This document shows positions 24,087 to 32,061 of a DNA stretch of 64,000 bases, piece by piece. Within the stretch, counting starts at the first letter, position 1, and every line of letters starts with the position of its first letter. The notes under the pieces were generated by a model that had not been told where the DNA came from, made no database searches, and saw only the letters and a program-made list of their open reading frames with translations. The DNA comes from Verrucomicrobiota bacterium (GTDB taxonomy: Bacteria; Verrucomicrobiota; Verrucomicrobiia; Limisphaerales; CANJSG01). The position numbers and the translations under genes were made by a program. The stretch covers positions 41,332 through 105,331 of the forward strand of contig JAYTUE010000214.1 in assembly GCA_043744715.1 (NCBI GenBank), given 5' to 3'.

Positions 24087-26267
24087 TCAGTTCGCCGGGC
24101 GGATGGTCACGATGCGGCCCTTGGACATGCGCTTGATCGACAACCTCAGTTCACCGCCCGCCTGGGTCAACTTCTCGAAGTCCTTCACGGTCGAAACTGG
24201 CTGGTCGTTGATGTGGGTGATGAGTTCGTAAGGCTTCAGGCCGGAGATGGAGGCGCGGCTGCCGGGTTCGAGCTTGCCGATGACCACGCCGGGTTCGTCG
24301 TCCTTCCGCTGGAGATAATGGCGGACCTCGTAGGTCACGTCGCGCACCGTCAGACCGAGCGCCTCGGACTTGTAGCGGGCGGCGGACTCGTAGTGCTTCG
24401 GACTCCCTTCGACGGAGAAGGCGGCGCTCTTCAGCTGGCCGTCGGCGACGTATTCCAGGGTGAACTTCGTGCCGAAACCAAGGTCGGTGATGAGGCGGTT
24501 GATTGAGTTGTCCACGGCGGGCCAGGGAACGGGCACGCGGTCGAAGAACCGGTCGGTCACCTGGTCGAGCTGTTCCCACGGGAACGGGCCGCGGTTGCGG
24601 TCGTCGTCGACGCGGACGTCGATGGGCGCGGGTTTCGAGGGGGTCTTGATGCGGAGCAGGATCATGCCGCCTTCGACCCCGGCCTTGGCCGCAGGGGAAC
24701 CGGGATAGACGTAGGTCACGAGGGCGCCGCTCTGTCCGTCCTGGGTCTGGTCGGCGACGTTGTTGGCGCGGGCAAGGTCCTTGTCGAGAGGCTGCAGTTC
24801 CACACCGAGCCAGCCGACACGGGTCTCCTCGGCTTCGGACAGGGGCACGTTCGCGAGATCGGCGCTGCCGCCGAGATCGGCCAGAGCCTCCGCCAGATAG
24901 GCGGACGGAACCATGACCTCGTTCCGGGGGGAACGGCCGCCGCGTTCGAGGGACGGTCCTTCGCGGAGGCTCATCGGCAACGAGACGAGCTGGTTCTTCA
25001 GGTCGAAAAGGAAGATGCCTTCCTGGCTGGAGTAGAGCCGCGCGTAGGTGCGCCGCTTGGCACCGGTCTCGAACCAGAGCAGACGCTCGTGGTCGAAGTA
25101 GGCGGACCGCTGTTCGCCCCTGATGGTGACATCGGCCCGGAGCAGGAGGGTCATGCGGTGGTCGGTCAACGGCGCGGTGGAAAGAGTGACGGAACCGGGC
25201 GCGGACTTGGCGAGCGTGGCCACGACGGCCCCGTAATCCTTGAGCGACGCGGTGAACTTCGCCTCGATCACTTCCTTGCCGGCATGGACGCGGATGCGTT
25301 CCAGCCGTGCGGTGATCTTCGGGGAAAGCGCGGCGAGGACCACGACGCGGTCTTTTCCAACGAGAAGTCCGCTGACGGTCCGCTCTGTGCCGCTGTCGCC
25401 GCTGCCGTCCTCATCCTCCATCTGCATCTGCCGGCGCATCACGGCGGGGTTCGACGCCTTGGGGCTGCGCAGTCCGAGCGTGACCCGCACGATCGCGGGA
25501 TCGGCCACGGCCTGGAGCTGCTTGAGCTTGGAAGCCATCTCGGCCGGCGAGACGGAAGCCCATTTCTCCGGCGAGATCTTCCAGCCTGCGCCGAACTGGG
25601 TGAAGGGCTTGATGCCAACCCCGACGCCCTCGCCCTTGGCGTCGACGATGAGCATGTCGTGCTGGATCGTGGTGACGGCCGGATGGGTGTCCCAACGCCA
25701 GATGGATTCGCTGAAGGGCGCGATGCCCGTGCCCCATTCGCCGGTGTATTGGCTGTAGGTCACGCCGAAGAACGGGCCCTTGCCCGAGCCCTTGAACTTG
25801 ATCGGCGCGGCACCGGGAAGATCGCCTTCCAGTTCGAGGATGACCGCGTCCCTGTCGACGATGTAGGCGGCGGGCTTCGCGGCGACCGTCTTGTCGCCGG
25901 AGCGGACGAGGATCTTCTGGATGAAGCGCGGATGGATCATCGGATCCGTCAGCACAACTCGGCGCGGGGCGATGAGGAAGGCTCCCACTTCCCACGGGCG
26001 CTCGTCGTCGATGAGCTGGTCGAGGTCAGTGAGCTCGCCGCCGGCGGCCGCGCCACGGCGGCCCTGGCCGGGCAGGCGGCGTTGCGGGCCTTCGCCCTTG
26101 TCGAACTGGAGATGGTATTCCACGCGGACGAGGGACGGCGTGACGGCCTTCAGGATCGTCTGCTGGGACGCCGCGCCGGCCGCGGCCGGCGCGGCGAACA
26201 GGACGTTGGCGGGGGCGACAAGCGCGGCGGCGGCGAGGCACGAGGCGAGGGTGGTGGTGAGCTTCAT
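24087..26267 (-). CDS. Secreted PDZ-domain protein with degenerate HtrA-like modules (putative pseudoprotease)
   Basis: ORF 24087..26594; start taken at MKLTTTLASCLAAAALVAPA (signal peptide); 726 aa. Two C-terminal PDZ-like segments (GALVTYVYPGSPAAKAGVEGGMILL; GVVIGKLEPGSRASISGLKPYELITHINDQPV). The N-terminal part resembles the protease fold (PSLVRVEYH, GAFLIAPRRVVLTD, DAVILELEG) but I see no TNxHV or GNSGGP. Confidence 0.65.
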   Translation of the reverse strand: MKLTTTLASCLAAAALVAPANVLFAAPAAAGAASQQTILKAVTPSLVRVEYHLQFDKGEGPQRRLPGQGRRGAAAGGELTDLDQLIDDERPWEVGAFLIAPRRVVLTDPMIHPRFIQKILVRSGDKTVAAKPAAYIVDRDAVILELEGDLPGAAPIKFKGSGKGPFFGVTYSQYTGEWGTGIAPFSESIWRWDTHPAVTTIQHDMLIVDAKGEGVGVGIKPFTQFGAGWKISPEKWASVSPAEMASKLKQLQAVADPAIVRVTLGLRSPKASNPAVMRRQMQMEDEDGSGDSGTERTVSGLLVGKDRVVVLAALSPKITARLERIRVHAGKEVIEAKFTASLKDYGAVVATLAKSAPGSVTLSTAPLTDHRMTLLLRADVTIRGEQRSAYFDHERLLWFETGAKRRTYARLYSSQEGIFLFDLKNQLVSLPMSLREGPSLERGGRSPRNEVMVPSAYLAEALADLGGSADLANVPLSEAEETRVGWLGVELQPLDKDLARANNVADQTQDGQSGALVTYVYPGSPAAKAGVEGGMILLRIKTPSKPAPIDVRVDDDRNRGPFPWEQLDQVTDRFFDRVPVPWPAVDNSINRLITDLGFGTKFTLEYVADGQLKSAAFSVEGSPKHYESAARYKSEALGLTVRDVTYEVRHYLQRKDDEPGVVIGKLEPGSRASISGLKPYELITHINDQPVSTVKDFEKLTQAGGELRLSIKRMSKGRIVTIRPAN

Positions 26268-26290
26268 GGAATTGGTTTGGACCTCGGACG

Positions 26291-27700
26291 CTATTCCTTT
26301 TCGTAGTTGCGGGAGAAATCGAGGACGACCTGCCTCATGAGGCCGTTGCGCAGGATGGTGAAGACGGCGCGGGACTTGGCGGCCAGATTGGCGACGGCGT
26401 CCCTGTGGTAGCCCTTCACGTCGTCGAGCGTGGCGATGTCCTTGCCGTCGACCTTGAGGAGGATGTCCTTCTGCTGGAAGACGGTCGCGGCGTTGCCGGG
26501 ATACTTCACGCCGTAGACGAAGACGCCCTTCTCGCGCTGGAAGTGGAGGTCGGGATTGTCGAACTGGTTGATCGCCTTGACCGTGAAATCCCAACGCGGG
26601 CAGTCGAGTTCATCGCCTTCCACCTGGCCCTTGGCGGTGGGTTTCACCTCGACCTTCACCGGCTCTCCCTTGCGGATGAGATCCAGCCTGGCCGGGGTAT
26701 TCTTGGCGAGGAACCCGAGGAGGCGCCGCACGACCGGAAGATCCTCGTCGGTCATCGCGGTGACCGGTTCGCCGTTCACGCTGACGAGGCGGTCGCCCGC
26801 GAGGATGCCGCCGCGCCGGGCCGGGCTGCCGGTGTCGGTCTCGGCCACCATGACGCCGTTGGTCGCGTCGAAGTAGATGTTGCGGTTGAAATCCTTCAAC
26901 GGCTGCAACTGCAGGCCGGTCCAGCTCCAGTCCATCTTCCCGCCCGACCGGATGCGGTCGGTCACGGCCTTCACGACTTCGATGGGTGTGGCGAAGCCGG
27001 TGTCTCCGCCGGCCATCATGCCGCGCGTGTTGATGCCGATGACTTCTCCGGCCGTGTTGACCAAGGGGCCGCCGGAATTGCCCGGACTGATGGCCGCGTC
27101 AGTCTGGAGCCAGAAGCTGTATTCGCTCGTGCCCGGCAGGAACCGCTTGGTGCAGGAGACGATCCCGATGGAGACGGAACGCGACATGCCCCACGGCGCA
27201 CCCATGGCCATGACGAAAGAACCTTCCGTAAGCTCGACGGACTTGCCGAGCAGCGCGAATGGCAAAGGGGTGCTGCCTTCGGGCATCTTCAGCTTGAGCA
27301 GGCAGACGTCCACGTCCTTGTCCGAGCCCACGATCTTCGCATCGAAGGCGCGGCCGTCGGCGAGAAGGCAGCGGACTTCGACCGCCTTGTCGACGACGTG
27401 CCAGTTGGAAAGGATCTCGCCGTCCGCCGAAATGAGGACGCCGCTGCCGGAAACTTCCTGCGACGTCTTCTTGCCGCCGGCCAGGTCTTCGCGGACGACC
27501 TTGATGAAGACGACGGTGGGGAAAACCTTCTCCTTGGCCGAACGCACGACCTCGCGGAAGTCGAGCTTGTCCAGACCGCGCATGTTCTCCTGGGCCGCCA
27601 ACGCCGTGGCCCATGGCGCGATGGCCAGACCGAGGATGGAGAGGAGGCAAAGCGCCGCGAACCGCGGCAGAAGGTTTGGGGGCGTCTTCAAGATTCGCAT
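26291..27700 (-). CDS. HtrA/DegP-family serine protease with two PDZ domains
   Basis: ORF 26291..28078; start taken at MRILKTPPNLLPRFAALCLLSILGLAIAPWATALA. Triad context SNWHVV, DVCLLKL, GNSGGPLVN. Confidence 0.85.
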   Translation of the reverse strand: MRILKTPPNLLPRFAALCLLSILGLAIAPWATALAAQENMRGLDKLDFREVVRSAKEKVFPTVVFIKVVREDLAGGKKTSQEVSGSGVLISADGEILSNWHVVDKAVEVRCLLADGRAFDAKIVGSDKDVDVCLLKLKMPEGSTPLPFALLGKSVELTEGSFVMAMGAPWGMSRSVSIGIVSCTKRFLPGTSEYSFWLQTDAAISPGNSGGPLVNTAGEVIGINTRGMMAGGDTGFATPIEVVKAVTDRIRSGGKMDWSWTGLQLQPLKDFNRNIYFDATNGVMVAETDTGSPARRGGILAGDRLVSVNGEPVTAMTDEDLPVVRRLLGFLAKNTPARLDLIRKGEPVKVEVKPTAKGQVEGDELDCPRWDFTVKAINQFDNPDLHFQREKGVFVYGVKYPGNAATVFQQKDILLKVDGKDIATLDDVKGYHRDAVANLAAKSRAVFTILRNGLMRQVVLDFSRNYEKE

Positions 27701-27831
27701 GGCGACGGGAAACAGGTAGCCGCTGGGCCACACAAGGTCCAGCGGCGGCTTGGGAAAATGGGTCAATCTTTCCGGTCTCTCCCATGGACCACGCCCGCAG
27801 TCCATCCGTTCAGGCAAACTCGGCGGCCGTG

Positions 27832-28017
27832 TCACCAGACCTGCACGCTGTCGGCGGAGAAAGCCTTCGTCACCAGCTCCCGGTATTGCTCCGCCGTCGT
27901 GGTCGCGGTGAGCCGGATGGATTCCACGCGCGTTTCGGGCAGCGCGGACTGCACGGCGATGACCGAGTCCGCCAGGGGATCTTCCGGGCGGGTGAGGATG
28001 TGGAGGATCGTCTTCAT
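27832..28017 (-). CDS. DsrH/TusB-like small protein (short)
   Basis: 61 aa, internal ATG of ORF 27832..28284. MKTILHILTRP... ends in ...SVQVW, which resembles TusB/DsrH termini. It starts 8 nt after the DsrF-like stop. It is short for the family. Confidence 0.4.
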   Translation of the reverse strand: MKTILHILTRPEDPLADSVIAVQSALPETRVESIRLTATTTAEQYRELVTKAFSADSVQVW

Positions 28018-28025
28018 GGCGGGCG

Positions 28026-28376
28026 TCACATGCGAACAACGTAGGTCGAGTCCACCGCGAGCGCGGCCAACCGGGCATCGTCGATCGGCTGGAACTTCAA
28101 CGGCGCTTCGCCCAGTTCGGCCAGTTCCTGGGCGTCTTTCTGCACGTAGATCGGGCGGGGCCACTCGGCCACGATCGGGAAATATCGGGTGTAGTTGTCC
28201 TCGTCGACGAACTCGTCCACCCATTCGCTCAAGGCCAGCACCGCCGGCCCGCGCAGGTAGACGGTGATGTCCACCTTCTTCCACGTCCCCACGCCGGCGG
28301 CGACGCGGATGGCTTCGGCGGGGCGATGGCTCGTGCGTGGATCGCCCGTGACGATGAAGAGCACCTTGGGATTCAT
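28026..28376 (-). CDS. DsrF/TusC-like protein
   Basis: 116 aa. The layout of MNPKVLFIVTGDPRTSHRPAEAIRVAAGV...VDITVYLRGPAV...YVVRM matches the DsrE/DsrF fold family. Confidence 0.6.
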   Translation of the reverse strand: MNPKVLFIVTGDPRTSHRPAEAIRVAAGVGTWKKVDITVYLRGPAVLALSEWVDEFVDEDNYTRYFPIVAEWPRPIYVQKDAQELAELGEAPLKFQPIDDARLAALAVDSTYVVRM

Positions 28377-28384
28377 GCGGCTGA

Positions 28385-28702
28385 TCAGTTGAAGGCGAGG
28401 AAACGGTCGGTGCTGGAGATGATGTCGCTGACGATCGTCAACCCGGCAAACGTGGCGGCATCGCTCAAAGGGAAGTGGCGTTTGTGCGCACCGTAGGCGC
28501 AGCCATAAAGCTTCAGGCCGCGGGCCTTCAACGCCTGAAGCCTTTCATCGGCCACGCCGGGCACCGCGTCGTCCACGCAGTAGAGATAGACGTCGACGCC
28601 GACCGCGAGCGCGGCCTCCGCCGTGCGGATGCCGTGGGTGAAGTTGGCCTCGCCCGGTTTGCACGAGATCAGCAGGCCGAGCTTTTTGCCGCGCAGTTCC
28701 AT
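28385..28702 (-). CDS. DsrE/TusD-like sulfurtransferase subunit
   Basis: 105 aa. KKLGLLISCKPGE...VDVYLYCVDDAV...LKLYGCAYGAHKRH...GLTIVSDIISSTDRFLAFN aligns by eye with E. coli TusD, including the Cys that corresponds to the active-site Cys78. Confidence 0.6.
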   Translation of the reverse strand: MELRGKKLGLLISCKPGEANFTHGIRTAEAALAVGVDVYLYCVDDAVPGVADERLQALKARGLKLYGCAYGAHKRHFPLSDAATFAGLTIVSDIISSTDRFLAFN

Positions 28703-28824
28703 AGAACGAAGCTAGGCCGGGAAGGCGCCGGATCAAAACAGGAAACTCGGCCGAATCCTGCCGCTGCACTTGCCCGCAGGGGGCCGATCTGCAACTCCTT
28801 CCCCGGCCCCAAGCCCGAACAACT

Positions 28825-31734
28825 GTGAACGTCCGCACTTTTTCCCTGGCCGCGCTGGCCGCTATTTCCGCCACCGGCACGATCGCCCAAATCCTTCCGC
28901 CCGGCACCCGCCCGTCCGCCCCGTCGGTCCACGCGCTCACCGGCGCGAAGATCGTCGTGAAGCCCGGCACGGTCATCGACTCCGGCACCATCGTCATCCG
29001 CAACGGCCTCATCGAAGCCGTCGGTGCCAACATCGCCGTGCCGCCCGACGCGCGGGTCTGGGATCTCAAGAGCAACGTCGTCTACGCCGGCTTCATCGAC
29101 GCCCACCTCGTCTTCGTCGGGTCGAACGCCCCCGTCTCGACGGCCGCCTTCGAGCCCGTCGACCGCGCCGCCGCCCTAACCTCCGGAGCGGGCAACTACC
29201 AGTTCTTCGGCACGCCCAACGCCACGCCACAGTCCAGTCCAGGCGCGGAACTCGCCAACATTGCTCCCGAGCGGCGTGTGGCCGCGTCCTTCGCGCCGCC
29301 GGCCAAGGCCCTGCAGGAACTTCGCGAGATCGGCTTCACCGCCGGGAACGTCGTGCCCGACCGGGGAATCCTCCGGGGAACCAGCGCCTTCGTTTCGCTT
29401 TCCGGCGACAACCCGAACGACGCCGTCATCAAGCCCGATGTCTTCCAGCACATCGCCTTCGAGGTGAACAGCGGCCCCGGCCGTTCGGATGTCTTCCCCG
29501 GATCGCTCATGGGCGTGATCGCCGCCGTGCGCCAGACGTTCTTCGACGCGCAGCACTACGCGCTCGACCAGGCGAACTACGCGACCAACTCAACCGCGCG
29601 GAAACGCCCGCCCTTCAATCCGTCTCTCGACGCCCTGCACTCGGCCACGGAGAAGAAATTCCAGTTCGTCTTCGAGCCCGGCAGCGCCGTGATGGTGGAC
29701 CGCGCGACGCAGCTCTCGAAGGAACTCGGCCTCCAGCCACTCATCGTCTCCAGCGGCCAGGAATGGCGACGGCCCGATCTCGCCAAAGCCTCCGGCGCGG
29801 CCTTCATCGTGCCGCTGAACTTTCCGGAAGCGCCCAAGTTCCCCGAGGACGACGACTGGCACGGCGTCTCGCTCGACCAGCTCCGCGCGCTCGACTGGGC
29901 TCCGAGCAATCCGTCATTGCTCCGCTCCAACGGCCTCGAAGTCGCCCTCACGACCTACGGCCTCGGCGACAAGAAAACCTTCCTCAAAAATCTCCAGTCC
30001 GCCGTCGCGCGCGGCCTTTCCGAAGACGACGCCTTGGCCGCGTTGACCACGGTTCCCGCAAAACTATGCGGCGTGGACAAGCAGCTCGGCTCCATCGAAG
30101 CCGGCAAGCTGGCGAATCTCACCATCGTCGAAGGCACGAACTACTTCGTCGGCGACGCCAAGGTCCGCGAAGTCTGGATCGATGGCCGCGTCTTCCAACC
30201 CGCACCGCCCGCACCCAAGAAGGCTCCGGCTTCCAGCACCAACGCCGTCGCCAAGGCCGAAGCAAAGCCCGACGCGAAAGCCGAGGCCAAGAAGGCCGAA
30301 ACCAAGGCGCTCCAGGCCAAACGCGTCGCCCGTCATCCGCTCGACCTGAAGGGCGTCCTGACCAATCCGCCCGCCGTCTACATCAAGTCCGCCACCATCT
30401 GGACCAGCGGCGAGAAGGGCATCCTGACCAACGCCCCCATGCTCGTGATGAACGGCAAGATCATGGGCGTCGGTGCCATTCCTCGCATCGCGCTGCCGCC
30501 CGGCACGGTCACGATCGACCTGCCGGACATCCACGTCACTGCCGGGCTGATCGATTGCCACAGCCACTCGATGATCCTCGGCGGCGTGAACGAAGGCACC
30601 TTGCCCAGCACGGCCATGGTCCGCATCGGCGACGTGGTGAACTCCGAGGCCGACACCATCCACCAGCAGCTCGCCGGTGGATTGACCGTCGCCAACCTGC
30701 TCCACGGCTCGGCCAATCCGATCGGCGGACAGAACCAGGTCATCAAGCTCCGCGAAGGCGAAGGGCCGGAGGACCTGAAGTTCAAGGGCGCGCCGCAGGG
30801 CATCAAATTCGCCCTCGGCGAAAACGTGAAGCAGGCCAACTGGGGCGACAAATACACGACCCGTTTCCCGCAGACCCGCATGGGCGTGCCGGCCTTCTAC
30901 ATCAACCGTTTCACCGCCGCGCAGCAGTATGAGCAGGAGTGGGCCGACTTCCGCGCCGGCAAGAGCGTCGTTCCTCCACGCCGCAACCTGGAACTCGAAG
31001 CCATCGCCGAGATCATCGCCGGCACGCGGCTCATCCACTGCCACAGCTACCGGCAGGACGAGATCCTCGTTTTCCTCCGCACGATGGAGCAGTTCGGCGT
31101 CAAAGTCGGCACGCTCCAGCACATCCTCGAGGGCTACAAGGTGGCCGACGAGATCGCCAAACACGGCGCCGGCGCGTCGTCGTTCTCCGACTGGTGGGCC
31201 TACAAGTTCGAGGTCCTCGACGCCATTCCCCATGCCGGCAGCCTGATGCGCGACCGGGGCGTGCTCGTCAGCTTCAACAGCGATTCCTCCGACCTCGCCC
31301 GGCGCCTGAATCTCGAAGCAGCCAAGGCTGTGAAATACGGCAATACGCCCGAAGCCGAAGCGCTGAAGTTCGTCACCATCAACCCGGCCAAGCAGCTCCG
31401 CATCGACCAATGGGTCGGCTCGCTGGAGAACGGCAAAGACGGCGACTTCGCCATCTGGAGCGGCAGCCCGCTCAGCACCTCCAGCATCTGCCTCCAGACG
31501 TGGATCGAGGGCAGGAAATACTTCGACCGAGACGACGCCAAACTACGGGGCGACGCCCTCAAGGCCGAACGCCTCGCGCTGCTCGACAAGGTGAAGAAGC
31601 TCGCCGTCGATGTTGCCGTGCCCGACAAGGGCGCGGACTCCGCCCGCGCCGCCTTCTTCCATCGCGCGCTGGAAACCAGCCGCCACCTCGGCGTCGAGAT
31701 GTGCCAGGACTGCGAACTCCCGATGAGGAACTGA
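28825..31734 (+). CDS. Large secreted amidohydrolase-family protein with two amidohydrolase-like modules
   Basis: 969 aa, GTG start, signal peptide. Module 1 has VVYAGFIDAHLVF, with no HxH. Module 2 has VTAGLIDCHSHSMILGG, with HxH present, and a later HCHSYRQDE. Confidence 0.75.
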   Translation: MNVRTFSLAALAAISATGTIAQILPPGTRPSAPSVHALTGAKIVVKPGTVIDSGTIVIRNGLIEAVGANIAVPPDARVWDLKSNVVYAGFIDAHLVFVGSNAPVSTAAFEPVDRAAALTSGAGNYQFFGTPNATPQSSPGAELANIAPERRVAASFAPPAKALQELREIGFTAGNVVPDRGILRGTSAFVSLSGDNPNDAVIKPDVFQHIAFEVNSGPGRSDVFPGSLMGVIAAVRQTFFDAQHYALDQANYATNSTARKRPPFNPSLDALHSATEKKFQFVFEPGSAVMVDRATQLSKELGLQPLIVSSGQEWRRPDLAKASGAAFIVPLNFPEAPKFPEDDDWHGVSLDQLRALDWAPSNPSLLRSNGLEVALTTYGLGDKKTFLKNLQSAVARGLSEDDALAALTTVPAKLCGVDKQLGSIEAGKLANLTIVEGTNYFVGDAKVREVWIDGRVFQPAPPAPKKAPASSTNAVAKAEAKPDAKAEAKKAETKALQAKRVARHPLDLKGVLTNPPAVYIKSATIWTSGEKGILTNAPMLVMNGKIMGVGAIPRIALPPGTVTIDLPDIHVTAGLIDCHSHSMILGGVNEGTLPSTAMVRIGDVVNSEADTIHQQLAGGLTVANLLHGSANPIGGQNQVIKLREGEGPEDLKFKGAPQGIKFALGENVKQANWGDKYTTRFPQTRMGVPAFYINRFTAAQQYEQEWADFRAGKSVVPPRRNLELEAIAEIIAGTRLIHCHSYRQDEILVFLRTMEQFGVKVGTLQHILEGYKVADEIAKHGAGASSFSDWWAYKFEVLDAIPHAGSLMRDRGVLVSFNSDSSDLARRLNLEAAKAVKYGNTPEAEALKFVTINPAKQLRIDQWVGSLENGKDGDFAIWSGSPLSTSSICLQTWIEGRKYFDRDDAKLRGDALKAERLALLDKVKKLAVDVAVPDKGADSARAAFFHRALETSRHLGVEMCQDCELPMRN

Positions 31735-31849
31735 GAATGAAGATCCCGCCCAACATATTTGGAAGCTTTGGACCAAACCCGGGACTAAGCATGTCGTCTC
31801 TTCTTTCGGCAGCGCACAGCGCCACGAGGAAGGCCCGGATGGCCATCAG

Positions 31850-32002
31850 GAAATTAGCCGGTGGCGCGAGCCACCGGTATAGCAGCAGCGCGTATTCGCC
31901 CTGGAAGGGCGGCGGATCTTCTCTTCCATTCTCTCCATCGCCCCTTCAGGGCGAATGCTCTCTTGCGGATGTTTCCGGTGGCTCGCGCCACCGGCTAATT
32001 TC
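31850..32002. mobile_element. MITE-like element, family C, with 28-bp perfect terminal inverted repeats
   Basis: GAAATTAGCCGGTGGCGCGAGCCACCGG (31850-31877) and its exact reverse complement (31975-32002). The interior is also self-complementary (ATTCGCCCTGGAAGGGC / GCCCCTTCAGGGCGAAT). Confidence 0.6.
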
Positions 32003-32033
32003 CAAACGCGCCTCCGGCGCTGCTTCCACCTTC

Positions 32034-32061
32034 GATGTTGGATGTTCGATGTTGGATGTTG
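32034..32061 (+). repeat. Heptanucleotide tandem array (GATGTTS x4)
   Basis: GATGTTG GATGTTC GATGTTG GATGTTG. It contains four ATGs 7 nt apart. The one at 32049 is in frame with the downstream amidohydrolase ORF. Confidence 0.9.

Noticed and set aside
26268-26594. Upstream extensions of the PDZ-protein ORF (to 26594) and of the HtrA ORF (27701..28078).
   Set aside because: The extensions are Arg/Pro/His-rich, overlap neighbouring genes and precede obvious signal peptides. I chose the internal ATGs.
30939-32048. The N-terminal 370 aa of ORF 30939..33338.
   Set aside because: This part overlaps the 3' end of the 969-aa amidohydrolase gene out of frame, then reads through MITE and heptamer repeat DNA. 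Real coding signal begins at the signal peptide at 32049.
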